From an uncultured Lentisphaerota bacterium (GTDB lineage Bacteria > Verrucomicrobiota > Kiritimatiellia > RFP12 > UBA1067), in assembly GCA_900321255.1 (NCBI GenBank), contig ONVK01000005.1, forward strand, positions 41 to 64,040: DNA of 64,000 nt, written 5' to 3'. The notes under the pieces are model-generated. The model did no database searches. It saw only the letters and a program-made list of their open reading frames with translations, and was not told the DNA's origin. Shown in pieces: positions 1 to 8,710 of the stretch. The translations under genes and the position numbers were made by a program. Position 1 is the first letter of the stretch. Each line of letters opens with the position of its first letter.

Positions 1-326
1 TCGGCGATCTTCTCGGCCTCGTCCTTGGCGATGGCTTCCTTGACCTTCTTGGGAGCGCCGTCGACCATGTCCTTGGCGTCCTTGAGGCCAAGACCGGTGA
101 TCGCGCGGATCTCCTTGATGACGGCGATCTTGTTCGCGCCAGCGGCCTTGAGGATGACGTCGAACTCCGTCTTCTCCTCGGCAGGAGCGGCGCCAGCGGC
201 GGGACCCGCGACTGCGACTGCGGCGGCGGCGGAAACGCCCCACGCCTCTTCGAGAGCCTTGACGAGCTCGTTGATTTCGAGAACCGTCTTGCCCGACAGC
301 TCCTTGATGATCTCTTCGTTTGTCAT
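1..326 (-). CDS. rplL: 50S ribosomal protein L7/L12 (3' end runs off the window start)
   Basis: Reverse-strand translation from the ATG at 326-324 reads [31 protein letters not shown]...[31 protein letters not shown], the canonical L7/L12 pattern. It lies directly downstream of rplJ. Confidence 0.95.
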   Translation of the reverse strand, partial: MTNEEIIKELSGKTVLEINELVKALEEAWGVSAAAAVAVAGPAAGAAPAEEKTEFDVILKAAGANKIAVIKEIRAITGLGLKDAKDMVDGAPKKVKEAIAKDEAEKIA

Positions 327-387
327 TTTTTGTTTCCTTTGTTTTACTTGTCAACCCTTGGCGTTTTTCATCCAAGGGAAATCTGGT

Positions 388-930
388 TTACTGTTGAGCG
401 GCTTCGGCGGCGGGCGCCTCGGCTGCAGGAGCGGCATCGCCGCCCTTCTTGGCCTTCTCGGAGAGGACGCGGGCGAGACGGGTCGCAGGCTCCTTGAGGA
501 GCATGAGAAGCGTCGCACGGAGCTGATCCTTGCCGGGAACCTTGGAGAGGGCCTCGACCATCGCGGCGTCAACGATCTTGTTGTCGTAGTCCGCGCCCTT
601 GACGGACGCCTTGCCGTTCGAGTCCTTGACGAACTCCATGATGGCCTTCGCGACGGCCGTAGGCTCGCCGTGACCGGTGACGATCGCGGAATTGCCCTTG
701 AACATCGCGTTGACCTCTTCGCTCCACCCCTTCTCCTTGGCGACCTTGCCGAGGAAGGTGTTCTTCACGACGAGGAGACGGCTGTCGAGCGCGCGGAGGG
801 CCTTGCGGAGCTTCGCGAACTGCGCGACGGTAACGCCGCCGTGGTCGATGATGAAGCAGTAGTCAGAGTCCTTTACTCGGGCGACGACCTCGTCGAGGAT
901 TGCAATCTTTTCGATTCTCATTTTAGTCAC
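388..930 (-). CDS. rplJ: 50S ribosomal protein L10
   Basis: 180-aa ORF with an L10-like sequence (LRKALRALDSRLLVVKNT...). It sits between rplA and rplL. Confidence 0.93.
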   Translation of the reverse strand: MTKMRIEKIAILDEVVARVKDSDYCFIIDHGGVTVAQFAKLRKALRALDSRLLVVKNTFLGKVAKEKGWSEEVNAMFKGNSAIVTGHGEPTAVAKAIMEFVKDSNGKASVKGADYDNKIVDAAMVEALSKVPGKDQLRATLLMLLKEPATRLARVLSEKAKKGGDAAPAAEAPAAEAAQQ

Positions 931-935
931 CCTCC

Positions 936-1631
936 TTATTCGGCATCACTGACGACCTGGACCGGAACGCCGACGCCCATGGTCGAGGAGATGCTCATGC
1001 CCTTGATGAACACACCCTTGACCGTGGCCGGCTTCGCGGCCTGGACGGCGGAAACGATGGCCTTGATGTTCTCGACGAGCTTGGCGGCGTCAAACGAGCG
1101 CTTGCCCGCGATGACGGCCATGTTGCCCGTCTTGTCCATGCGGAAGTCGACCTTGCCGCCCTTCGCCTCCTTGACGGCGGTCGCCGTATCGTCGGTGACC
1201 GTGCCGGTCTTGGGGTTGGGCATGAGGCCGCGCGGACCGAGGATGCGGGCGCACTTGCGGACTTCCTTCATGGCCTCGACAGTGGCGATCGCGACGTCGA
1301 AGTCGCACCAGCCCTCTTTCGTGACCTTCTCGATGAGGTCGGCGAGACCGACGTAGTCGGCACCTGCCTGACGCGCCTCCTCGGCGTGGTCGCCGCCGGC
1401 GAACACCGCCACCTTGACGGTCTTGCCCGAGCCGTTGGGGAGCTTGACGGTGCCGCGCACCGCCGTGTCGCCCTTGGTGAGCTCCTTGCCGAGACGGAAG
1501 TAGACGTCGACCGTCTCGTCGAACTTCGCGCCGGCGTTGTCCTTTACGAACTTGACCGCCTCCTCGAGGGAGACCTCCTTCTTGGGGGCCTTCTTCAGCG
1601 CGTTGAAATACCTCTTTCCGTGCTTGCTCAT
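936..1631 (-). CDS. rplA: 50S ribosomal protein L1
   Basis: 231-aa ORF with L1 hallmarks (GKRY..., [29 protein letters not shown]). It overlaps the rplK stop by 4 nt. Confidence 0.96.
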   Translation of the reverse strand: MSKHGKRYFNALKKAPKKEVSLEEAVKFVKDNAGAKFDETVDVYFRLGKELTKGDTAVRGTVKLPNGSGKTVKVAVFAGGDHAEEARQAGADYVGLADLIEKVTKEGWCDFDVAIATVEAMKEVRKCARILGPRGLMPNPKTGTVTDDTATAVKEAKGGKVDFRMDKTGNMAVIAGKRSFDAAKLVENIKAIVSAVQAAKPATVKGVFIKGMSISSTMGVGVPVQVVSDAE

Positions 1632-2053
1632 TCGACCACCTCGATTCCCATGTTGCGAGCCGTGCCTGCGATCATCTTGACCGCCTGCTCGGGATCGTCG
1701 GTGTTGAGGTCGGCCTTCTTCATCTCAACGATCTTGAGAAGCTGGGCCTTGGTGACCTTGCCGACCTTGTTCTTGTTGGGAACGCCGCTGCCCTTGGCGA
1801 GACCGGCCTCCTTCTTGAGGAGCACCGACGCAGGCGGCGACTTGAACTGCAGCGAGAAGCTGCGGTCCTGGTAGACCGTGATGATCACGGGGATGACTAG
1901 CCCCGAGTCCTTCGCCGTCTTGGCGTTGAACTCCTTGCAGAACTGCATGATGTTGACACCAGCAGAACCGAGGGCGGGGCCCACGGGCGGCGCGGGATTC
2001 GCGGCGCCGGCGGGAATCTGGAGCTTTACGACTCCAGTGACTTTCTTTGCCAT
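1628..2053 (-). CDS. rplK: 50S ribosomal protein L11
   Basis: 141-aa ORF reading [42 protein letters not shown], the canonical L11 N-terminus. Confidence 0.97.
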   Translation of the reverse strand: MAKKVTGVVKLQIPAGAANPAPPVGPALGSAGVNIMQFCKEFNAKTAKDSGLVIPVIITVYQDRSFSLQFKSPPASVLLKKEAGLAKGSGVPNKNKVGKVTKAQLLKIVEMKKADLNTDDPEQAVKMIAGTARNMGIEVVE

Positions 2054-2217
2054 ATTAGTGTTCGCTCAGTCGCTTGCTTCGCACGGGCAATCCTGCACTC
2101 CGCTCGCTTCCTCGCTCAACCCTTCTTTTCTCTGTCGGCTCCTTCCGGGGATCCTTCCCGGTGCTTCCGGCGCGCCTCGCGGCGCTTCCGGCCTTTCGGA
2201 CCGTAATTACACGCCTC

Positions 2218-2823
2218 CTACTTGATCGGCTCGAGAGTCTCCTCGACGGGGACTTTCTCGACCTGCCAGTATTCGACGTCGACAGGGACCTTGCGGCCGA
2301 AGACTGCGACTTCGACCTTGAGCTTGCCCTTGTCGGGATCCACCATTGAAACCTGGCCCGTCAAGCCCATGAACGCGCCATCGTTTATCTTCACCGTCTC
2401 GTCGACGCTGAAATCAACCTTCGGACGCTCGGCCATCGCGCCCGCCGAAGGACGGTCGAGGAGAATCGAATCCACCTCGCTCTGCTTCAGCGGCTGCGGC
2501 CTGTCTCCGCCCACGAACCCGATCACGCCGGGTGTCTCGCGGAGGAACTGCCACGTCCTTTCGAAAATCGCCTTCTTCCCGTTTTCGTCGAGCCCCTTCG
2601 CCTCGTCGTAGAGCGCGAGCTCCGCGAGAACGTAGCCGGGGAAGAACTTCTTCGTGATCGTGCGCTTCCTGCCGTCCTTCTTCTCGGTGACGCGCTCGGT
2701 CGGGATCACGCACCGGCCGATGTACTCTTCCATGCGCTCGAGCTTTACGCGAGCCTCGATCGACTTCTGGGCCTTGTTTTCCTGGCCGGTGAGCGTGTGA
2801 AGCACAAACCACTGCTTGACCAT
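2218..2823 (-). CDS. nusG: Transcription termination/antitermination factor NusG
   Basis: 201-aa ORF starting KQWFVLHTLTGQENKA with a C-terminal KOW-like segment (VKINDGAFMGLTGQV). It follows secE, the conserved order. Confidence 0.93.
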   Translation of the reverse strand: MVKQWFVLHTLTGQENKAQKSIEARVKLERMEEYIGRCVIPTERVTEKKDGRKRTITKKFFPGYVLAELALYDEAKGLDENGKKAIFERTWQFLRETPGVIGFVGGDRPQPLKQSEVDSILLDRPSAGAMAERPKVDFSVDETVKINDGAFMGLTGQVSMVDPDKGKLKVEVAVFGRKVPVDVEYWQVEKVPVEETLEPIK

Positions 2824-2861
2824 AGTCTTACCTCTTCGGTCCTTCTGCTACCTGCGGCCCC

Positions 2862-3059
2862 TCACGCCCCCGCGTGGACGACCTTGATGAACGCCTCGAT
2901 CAGCTTGTCGCATACGAGCGTCGTGGCCGCGAGTATGAAGATGAACGAAATCACGACGAGCGTCGACTCCCAAAGCTCGCCCTTCCCGGGCCACGTCACG
3001 CGCTTGGCCTCGGCGGACACGCCGGCCAGGTACTCCTGCGTCTTCTTGAAAAAGCTCAT
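2862..3059 (-). CDS. secE: Preprotein translocase subunit SecE
   Basis: 65-aa ORF with a single C-terminal TM helix and the KRVTWP motif. It lies between tRNA-Trp and nusG. Confidence 0.9.
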   Translation of the reverse strand: MSFFKKTQEYLAGVSAEAKRVTWPGKGELWESTLVVISFIFILAATTLVCDKLIEAFIKVVHAGA

Positions 3060-3079
3060 CTTCCTTTTCCTCGTTCCGT

Positions 3080-3153
3080 TGGCAGGGTAGGAGGGAATCG
3101 AACCCCCATAGGCGGTTTTGGAGACCGCTGCACTGCCATTGTGCTACTACCCT
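3080..3153 (-). tRNA. tRNA-Trp (anticodon CCA)
   Basis: The reverse complement is AGGGTAGTAGCACAATGGCAGTGCAGCGGTCTCCAAAACCGCCTATGGGGGTTCGATTCCCTCCTACCCTGCCA. The anticodon loop is CT-CCA-AA, a GGTTCGATTCC T-arm is present, and the 3' CCA is encoded. Location upstream of secE is typical. Confidence 0.93.
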
Positions 3154-3217
3154 AATTGAGCTCCCTCCCCTCGCGCACTTTCGCCTTTCGGCTAATTCAC
3201 GCTGGGGTCGCTCGAAA

Positions 3218-3367
3218 TCACTTGGTTTCCTTGTGGGTCGTGCGCTTGCGGCAGTGCGGGCAGAACTTCACCTTCTCCAGACGCTCCGTCATTGTCTTCT
3301 TGTTGCGGGTCGTCGTGTAGTTGCGGTTCTTGCACTCACCACAGGCCAAAATAGCGAGTTCTCGCAT
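3218..3367 (-). CDS. rpmG: 50S ribosomal protein L33
   Basis: [49 protein letters not shown] is a 49-aa L33 with a CxxC...CxxC zinc ribbon. I prefer the internal ATG at 3367 over the longer tracked ORF start at 3412. Confidence 0.9.
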   Translation of the reverse strand: MRELAILACGECKNRNYTTTRNKKTMTERLEKVKFCPHCRKRTTHKETK

Positions 3368-3398
3368 TTTCTGATCCTTCCGTCCTGGAGGAGACAGA

Positions 3399-3424
3399 GC
3401 CCGGCCGGCCACTTCCGGCCGGGC
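3399..3424 (-). terminator. GC-rich hairpin between tuf and rpmG (possible attenuator or processing site)
   Basis: Perfect 10-bp stem GCCCGGCCGG/CCGGCCGGGC with a 6-nt loop. It is followed on the minus strand by only a weak pyrimidine-rich tract, not a clean U-run. Confidence 0.3.
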
Positions 3425-3447
3425 ATCTCACAGGACTTCTCTTGCTG

Positions 3448-4418
<971 letters not shown>

Positions 4419-4467
4419 TTTTTTAACTCCTGTGAGTAGTTGTTCTTCGTTTGCCTCCGCCCCATGT

Positions 4468-4543
4468 TGGAGCCACCTAGCGGAATCGAACCGCCGACCT
4501 CATCCTTACCAAGGATGTGCTCTACCTACTGAGCTAAAGTGGC
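4468..4543 (-). tRNA. tRNA-Thr (anticodon GGT)
   Basis: The reverse complement is GCCACTTTAGCTCAGTAGGTAGAGCACATCCTTGGTAAGGATGAGGTCGGCGGTTCGATTCCGCTAGGTGGCTCCA. It forms a cloverleaf with anticodon loop TT-GGT-AA and sits upstream of tuf, as in many bacteria. Confidence 0.92.
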
Positions 4544-4567
4544 CTCCGTCTAGAGCGAAAACCTAGA

Positions 4568-4597
4568 TAGTATATCAAAAACGCGCCGATAGGCGCA
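4568..4597 (-). promoter_or_regulatory. Sigma70-like promoter for tRNA-Thr/tuf
   Basis: The minus strand reads TTGCGC-18 nt-TATACT with a TGn extended -10 (TTTTTGATATACT). Confidence 0.45.
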
Positions 4598-4634
4598 AGG
4601 GGGTATTTTTCATCGGACGAACTGCGTCCGGAAC

Positions 4635-4710
4635 TGGTGGCGAAGGAGGGGTTCGAACCCTCGACCCAAGGCTTATGAGTCCTTTGCTCTACCGACTGAG
4701 CTACCTCGCC
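4635..4710 (-). tRNA. tRNA-Met (anticodon CAT; elongator, initiator or Ile-lysidine type not resolved)
   Basis: The reverse complement is GGCGAGGTAGCTCAGTCGGTAGAGCAAAGGACTCATAAGCCTTGGGTCGAGGGTTCGAACCCCTCCTTCGCCACCA. The anticodon loop is CT-CAT-AA, with a GGTTCGAA T-arm and an encoded CCA. Confidence 0.88.
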
Positions 4711-4739
4711 AATGTCGCCTCAAGTGACAACAGGCGCGT

Positions 4740-4769
4740 AGTTTACCAAAACAGCGCGCCCGCCGTCAA
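4740..4769 (-). promoter_or_regulatory. Sigma70-like promoter upstream of tRNA-Met
   Basis: The minus strand reads TTGACG-18 nt-TAAACT preceded by TGG (extended -10). It is nearly identical to the rpsB promoter at 8682-8710. Confidence 0.5.
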
Positions 4770-4777
4770 GGGCGATT

Positions 4778-5422
4778 TCACTCAGAATCGCGGACGGCGT
4801 CGATCAGCTCGTCGGACGTGATGAAACGCCCCTTCGCGCGGCAGACGAGGATGCGGCCGATGAGCGCGCTCTCGAAGTCGGAGATGCAGACGCCGTCCTT
4901 GCGGTCGCGGAGTATCCGCATCAGGTCCTTCGCCGTGACAGCGTACTTCTGCTCCCTGCGGGGGACGAAGAGGTTCGTCACGGCGAGAAGCGCCTCGACG
5001 ACGGGATGCAGTACAGCCGCGAGCAGGCGGTAGACGCGCGCCATCCTCAGGCAGAAGAAAAGCGGACGCGCGGCGCAGAGCATCTTCGGCATGAACTCGG
5101 AGACATACAGGACCACAAGCGCGGAGGCGACGCTCCAGACGGCGCATCCGGCGCGCGAGCCGCCGAGCAGCTCGATCGAGAGCGCGGCGGAGGCGGAGGA
5201 GAACGCGACGCCGGCGAGGTTGTTGCCTATGAGCAGCGTCGTGAGCGTGCGGGACATGTCCGAAAGCGCCGACTGGACGATCTTCGCCTTGCGCCCGCCC
5301 GCGCGGGAGAGGTGGAGTATGCGCTCGCGGCTCACGGAGAGGAAGCCCGTCTCCGCGCCGGCGCAGAACGCGGCGAGAAGCAGCGCGGCGATCGCCGCGA
5401 GGAAGAGGAGGAACACCGTCAT
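4778..5422 (-). CDS. DUF21/CNNM transmembrane-domain protein (short form, no clear CorC_HlyC domain)
   Basis: MTVFLLFLAAIAALLLAAFCAGAETGFLSVSR... is the typical DUF21 N-terminus. I chose the start at 5422 (ATGA overlap with the upstream stop) rather than the tracked 5566. Confidence 0.7.
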   Translation of the reverse strand: MTVFLLFLAAIAALLLAAFCAGAETGFLSVSRERILHLSRAGGRKAKIVQSALSDMSRTLTTLLIGNNLAGVAFSSASAALSIELLGGSRAGCAVWSVASALVVLYVSEFMPKMLCAARPLFFCLRMARVYRLLAAVLHPVVEALLAVTNLFVPRREQKYAVTAKDLMRILRDRKDGVCISDFESALIGRILVCRAKGRFITSDELIDAVRDSE

Positions 5423-6678
5423 GCGTCGTCCTCCTCGGTCCGTTCGACCGCTGCGTCGGTTTCCTCTATCAGTTCCTCGTCGGATGTCGTCGTCGGACGC
5501 GAAAGCACCTCGAACCTGACAAGCGTGACGCGGCGGCCGCGACGCTTGAGGACGGTCGCGCGGCATCCGTCGGCCTCGATCTCCTGCCCGACGTGCGGAA
5601 TCCTCTCGGCGTGGAAAGTGACCCAGCCGGAGAGGCGGTCGGCATCCTCGGCCTCGAGCTCGAGATCAAGCTCGCGGTTCACCTCCTCGAGGCTCGCGCG
5701 CGCGTCGATCTCCCAGACATTGTCGCCCTTCTTCACGATCGCCGGCTCCTCGCCCGCGTTGCCGCCGAACACGGCGGGGCCCATGATTAGCTCGAGGACG
5801 TCGTTGAGCGCGATGATCCCCGCCGTCCCGCCGTATTCGTCGAGCACGACGGCGAGACGCCTGCCGCTCTTGGCGAACATGACGAACAGGTCGTCGAGCG
5901 TCATGTTCTCGGGAACGAAGACCGGCTCCTCGCTCCTGCCGGTGCGGACGTCGAGAACGCCCTCGATGGCGTCGGGCGTGCGGCGGAACTGCGGGAGGAA
6001 ACGGTGCTTCGCGTTCGCGACTGCGGCGGCGCGCGCCTCTTCGGGAAGGTCCAGGTCGACTCCTTCGATGTCGACGCGCGGCGTCATCTCGTCGTTCGCG
6101 TGTATCTCGGAGAGCCGCAGGACGCCCTCTATCATCTCGACGTCCTCGGAAAGCGACTCGTCCCTCTCGGCCGCAGACTCGAGGACGGTCATCAGCTCCT
6201 CGTCGGAAAGAGCCCGCCTCTCGCGCTCGAGGGCGGGCGCGAACGCCTTGGAGGAAAGCCGCAGGACGTTGTTGAACGGACGAAGGACGATGCGCCAGAA
6301 CTTGAGCAGCCGCGCGCACGGCGGCGCAAGGCGCTCGGCATAGCGGAGCGCGAGGCGCTTCGGGGTTATCTCGCCGAAGACGAGCAGAAGAAGCGTCATC
6401 GACGGAACGGCAAGCCAGCTCCCGCCGGGGACATACGCGCGGAACGCGAGGAAGCCGAGCGTCGAGATCGCGAAGTTTACGAGCGTGTTGCCGACGAGAA
6501 GGGTCGAGAAGAGAACGGCCTTGTCGGCGAGGCACTTCGTGATGAGGGCGTCCGCTGCGGCGCTCTTCGCGCGGATGCGCTCGCGCTGGGCCCCCGTCAA
6601 AGAGAAGAGCACTGTCTCCGCCCCGGAAAAGAACGCCGAGAGCAGAAACAGTGCCGGCAATGCGACAAGCACCGCCAT
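5419..6678 (-). CDS. CNNM/CorC-family Mg2+/Co2+ efflux (hemolysin-like) protein: DUF21 + CBS pair + CorC_HlyC
   Basis: MAVLVALPALFLLSAFFSGAETVLFSL... (DUF21), then CBS-like segments, then the C-terminal GWVTFHAERIPHVGQEIEADGCRATVLKRRGRRVTLVRF (CorC_HlyC). The start at 6678 is used. The longer tracked ORF (to 7458) is an Arg-rich readthrough overlapping tsf. Confidence 0.85.
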   Translation of the reverse strand: MAVLVALPALFLLSAFFSGAETVLFSLTGAQRERIRAKSAAADALITKCLADKAVLFSTLLVGNTLVNFAISTLGFLAFRAYVPGGSWLAVPSMTLLLLVFGEITPKRLALRYAERLAPPCARLLKFWRIVLRPFNNVLRLSSKAFAPALERERRALSDEELMTVLESAAERDESLSEDVEMIEGVLRLSEIHANDEMTPRVDIEGVDLDLPEEARAAAVANAKHRFLPQFRRTPDAIEGVLDVRTGRSEEPVFVPENMTLDDLFVMFAKSGRRLAVVLDEYGGTAGIIALNDVLELIMGPAVFGGNAGEEPAIVKKGDNVWEIDARASLEEVNRELDLELEAEDADRLSGWVTFHAERIPHVGQEIEADGCRATVLKRRGRRVTLVRFEVLSRPTTTSDEELIEETDAAVERTEEDDA

Positions 6679-6686
6679 GTGCGGAC

Positions 6687-7520
6687 TTAGGCGCCGAGCT
6701 GGAGGCGCGCGAAGCGCTTCACGGTGATCGGCGCGCCGATCTCCTTCGCGACGGACGCGAGGTACTGCTCGACGGTCTGCTCGCCGTCTGCGACGTAGTC
6801 CTGCTTGACGAGGCAGATCTGCGTGCAGAACTTGGAGGCCATGCCCTTCTTGATGCCGACGAGGGCCTGTTCGGGGGGAAGCTTGCCCTTCTGCTCCTTG
6901 AGCGCGTTGAGCTTGATCTCGAGCTCGGCGTCGATCTCGGCCTGGGGAACATCCTCGGGCTTGACGTACTTCGGCGCGTTCGCCGCGACCTGGAGGCACA
7001 CCATGTGCGCCGCCTCGTCGAGCTTCTCGCAGGGCTTGTCGCAGACGAGCTCGACGAGAACGCCGATCTTGCCGCCCATGTGGATGTAGCCGCTGAGGCA
7101 GCCGGCGCCCTCGAGCACATAGCGCTCGCTGCGGCGGATCTTCACGTTCTCGCCCGTCTTGGTGAGGAGCATCTTGTAGTCGTCGTTGAGCGTCTGCTCG
7201 ATGTCCTTGCCTTCGAGAGCGACCTTTGCCGCGTCGTCGACGAACTTGATGAACGCCTCCGTCTTGGCGACGAAGTCGGTCTCGCAGTTGACCTCGGCGA
7301 GGGCCATCGACTTCTTGTCGTCCGCGACGGCGAGGGCTACGATGCCCTGCTTGGACTCCTTGTCGACGCGCTTCGCGGCGACGGCGAGGCCCTTCTCGCG
7401 GAGGAACTTGACGGCCTCCTCCATGTTGCCGTTGGTGGCCGTGAGGGCTTCCTTGCACGCTCCCATTCCGGCGGCGGTCGCCTCGCGGAGCTCCTTGATC
7501 TGCTGAATAGTGATTGCCAT
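6687..7520 (-). CDS. tsf: Elongation factor Ts
   Basis: 277 aa starting MAITIQQIKELREATAAGMGACKEALTATNGNMEEAVKFLREKGLA, with the UBA-like N-terminus and EF-Ts core. It follows rpsB. Confidence 0.95.
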   Translation of the reverse strand: MAITIQQIKELREATAAGMGACKEALTATNGNMEEAVKFLREKGLAVAAKRVDKESKQGIVALAVADDKKSMALAEVNCETDFVAKTEAFIKFVDDAAKVALEGKDIEQTLNDDYKMLLTKTGENVKIRRSERYVLEGAGCLSGYIHMGGKIGVLVELVCDKPCEKLDEAAHMVCLQVAANAPKYVKPEDVPQAEIDAELEIKLNALKEQKGKLPPEQALVGIKKGMASKFCTQICLVKQDYVADGEQTVEQYLASVAKEIGAPITVKRFARLQLGA

Positions 7521-7552
7521 TGTTTTAAACCTTTCTTTTCCTTAACTCTGCC

Positions 7553-8575
7553 TCACTCGGCCTTCGGGGCCTCCGCCGCAGGAGCGGCCTCGGCGGCTGC
7601 GACGACGGCTGCCTCCGCCTCGGCGACCTTGGCCTTGCGCTTCGCGGCGAGATCTGCCTTCGCCTTGGTCTCGGCGGCCTCCTTGGCGGCGCGCGCGGCG
7701 GCCTTGACGTTCGCGGCGACGCCAGACTTCTTCGAGGCGGCTCCGCCAGCGGCGGCCTTGCGGGTCGTGGCCTTCGCACGACGCTCGGCGCGGGCCGCCT
7801 TCTCGGCGTCATCGCGGTTCTTGCGCTCCTGCTCGCGCTTGCGGTTCTCCTCGGCGGCCTTCGCGCCGTACTCGTCGTTAGCGCCCTTGACGACCTTGAC
7901 GAGGCCGTTGAGGATCAGTTCGACGCCGCGGACGGAATCGTCATTGCCGGGGATCACGTAGTCGATCGGCTCGGGGTCGGCGTTGGTGTCGACGATCGCG
8001 ACGACGGGGATGTGGAGACGCACCGCCTCCTTGACGGCGTTGGCCTCGCGAACGACATCGACGACGACGAGCGCGCCCGGGAGCTCCGCCATGTCGGCGA
8101 CGCCGGTGAGGTTCTTCTCGAGCTTGTTGAGCTCGCGGCGGAGCATCGAGGCCTCCTGCTTGTGCTCGGAGAGCTCGCCGCCGTTGGCCTTGGCGGTCGC
8201 CTGGAGCTGGCGCATGCGGCGGACGGACGAGCGGATGGTCTTCGCGTTCGTGAGCGTGCCGCCGAGCCAGCGCTCGGTCACGTAGAACTGCTCGACGGAC
8301 TCGGCCGCCGACTTGACGAGCTCGGAGACCTGCTTCTTCGTCGCGACGAAGAGGATCTTCTTGCCGCCGAGGACCGTGTCCTTGAGGAACTGCGCGGCCT
8401 CGTCGAGGAGGGCGACGGACTGGGTGAGGTCGATGATGTGGATTCCGTTGCGCTTGTCGAAGATGTATCCCTTCATCTTCGGGTTCCAGCGCTTCGTCTG
8501 ATGGCCGAAGTGAAGACCGGCATCAAACATGTCCTTGAGCGTGATGCCCGTGAGGGCGGACGTAGGCATTTCCAT
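7553..8575 (-). CDS. rpsB: 30S ribosomal protein S2 with a long Lys/Ala-rich C-terminal extension
   Basis: The S2 core is present (GLHFGHQTKRWNPKM, VATKKQ, ERWLGGTLTN). It is followed by about 100 aa of low-complexity K/A/E-rich tail. Confidence 0.93.
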   Translation of the reverse strand: MEMPTSALTGITLKDMFDAGLHFGHQTKRWNPKMKGYIFDKRNGIHIIDLTQSVALLDEAAQFLKDTVLGGKKILFVATKKQVSELVKSAAESVEQFYVTERWLGGTLTNAKTIRSSVRRMRQLQATAKANGGELSEHKQEASMLRRELNKLEKNLTGVADMAELPGALVVVDVVREANAVKEAVRLHIPVVAIVDTNADPEPIDYVIPGNDDSVRGVELILNGLVKVVKGANDEYGAKAAEENRKREQERKNRDDAEKAARAERRAKATTRKAAAGGAASKKSGVAANVKAAARAAKEAAETKAKADLAAKRKAKVAEAEAAVVAAAEAAPAAEAPKAE

Positions 8576-8681
8576 TTTGTTTTCTCCTTGAATCCTTTGT
8601 TCAGATTAATCCGCTTTGGCCGAGGATGGACTACCCCGGCTCATTCGCTTCATCCCGCCCACCATGGACAAGATGGCGCGT

Positions 8682-8710
8682 AGTTTACCAAACGGCGCCG
8701 ATTCCGTCAA
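8682..8710 (-). promoter_or_regulatory. Sigma70-like promoter for rpsB-tsf
   Basis: The minus strand reads TTGACG-17 nt-TAAACT with TGG extended -10, about 105 nt upstream of the rpsB ATG. It overlaps the stop codon of the upstream gene. Confidence 0.55.

Noticed and set aside
3368-3412. A longer L33 start (tracked ORF 3218-3412) and the first ATG of the GH36 gene at 32539.
   Set aside because: The extra L33 residues are non-homologous and would overlap the hairpin. For the GH36 gene, the 32539 ATG directly abuts the TATAAT box, so it cannot lie on the transcript. The downstream Met begins a proper signal peptide.
6679-7458. N-terminal extension of the CorC-family ORF (tracked to 7458) overlapping tsf.
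   Set aside because: The extension is Arg/Gly-rich junk in the tsf antisense-shifted frame. The DUF21 domain begins exactly at the Met at 6678, just after the tsf stop.
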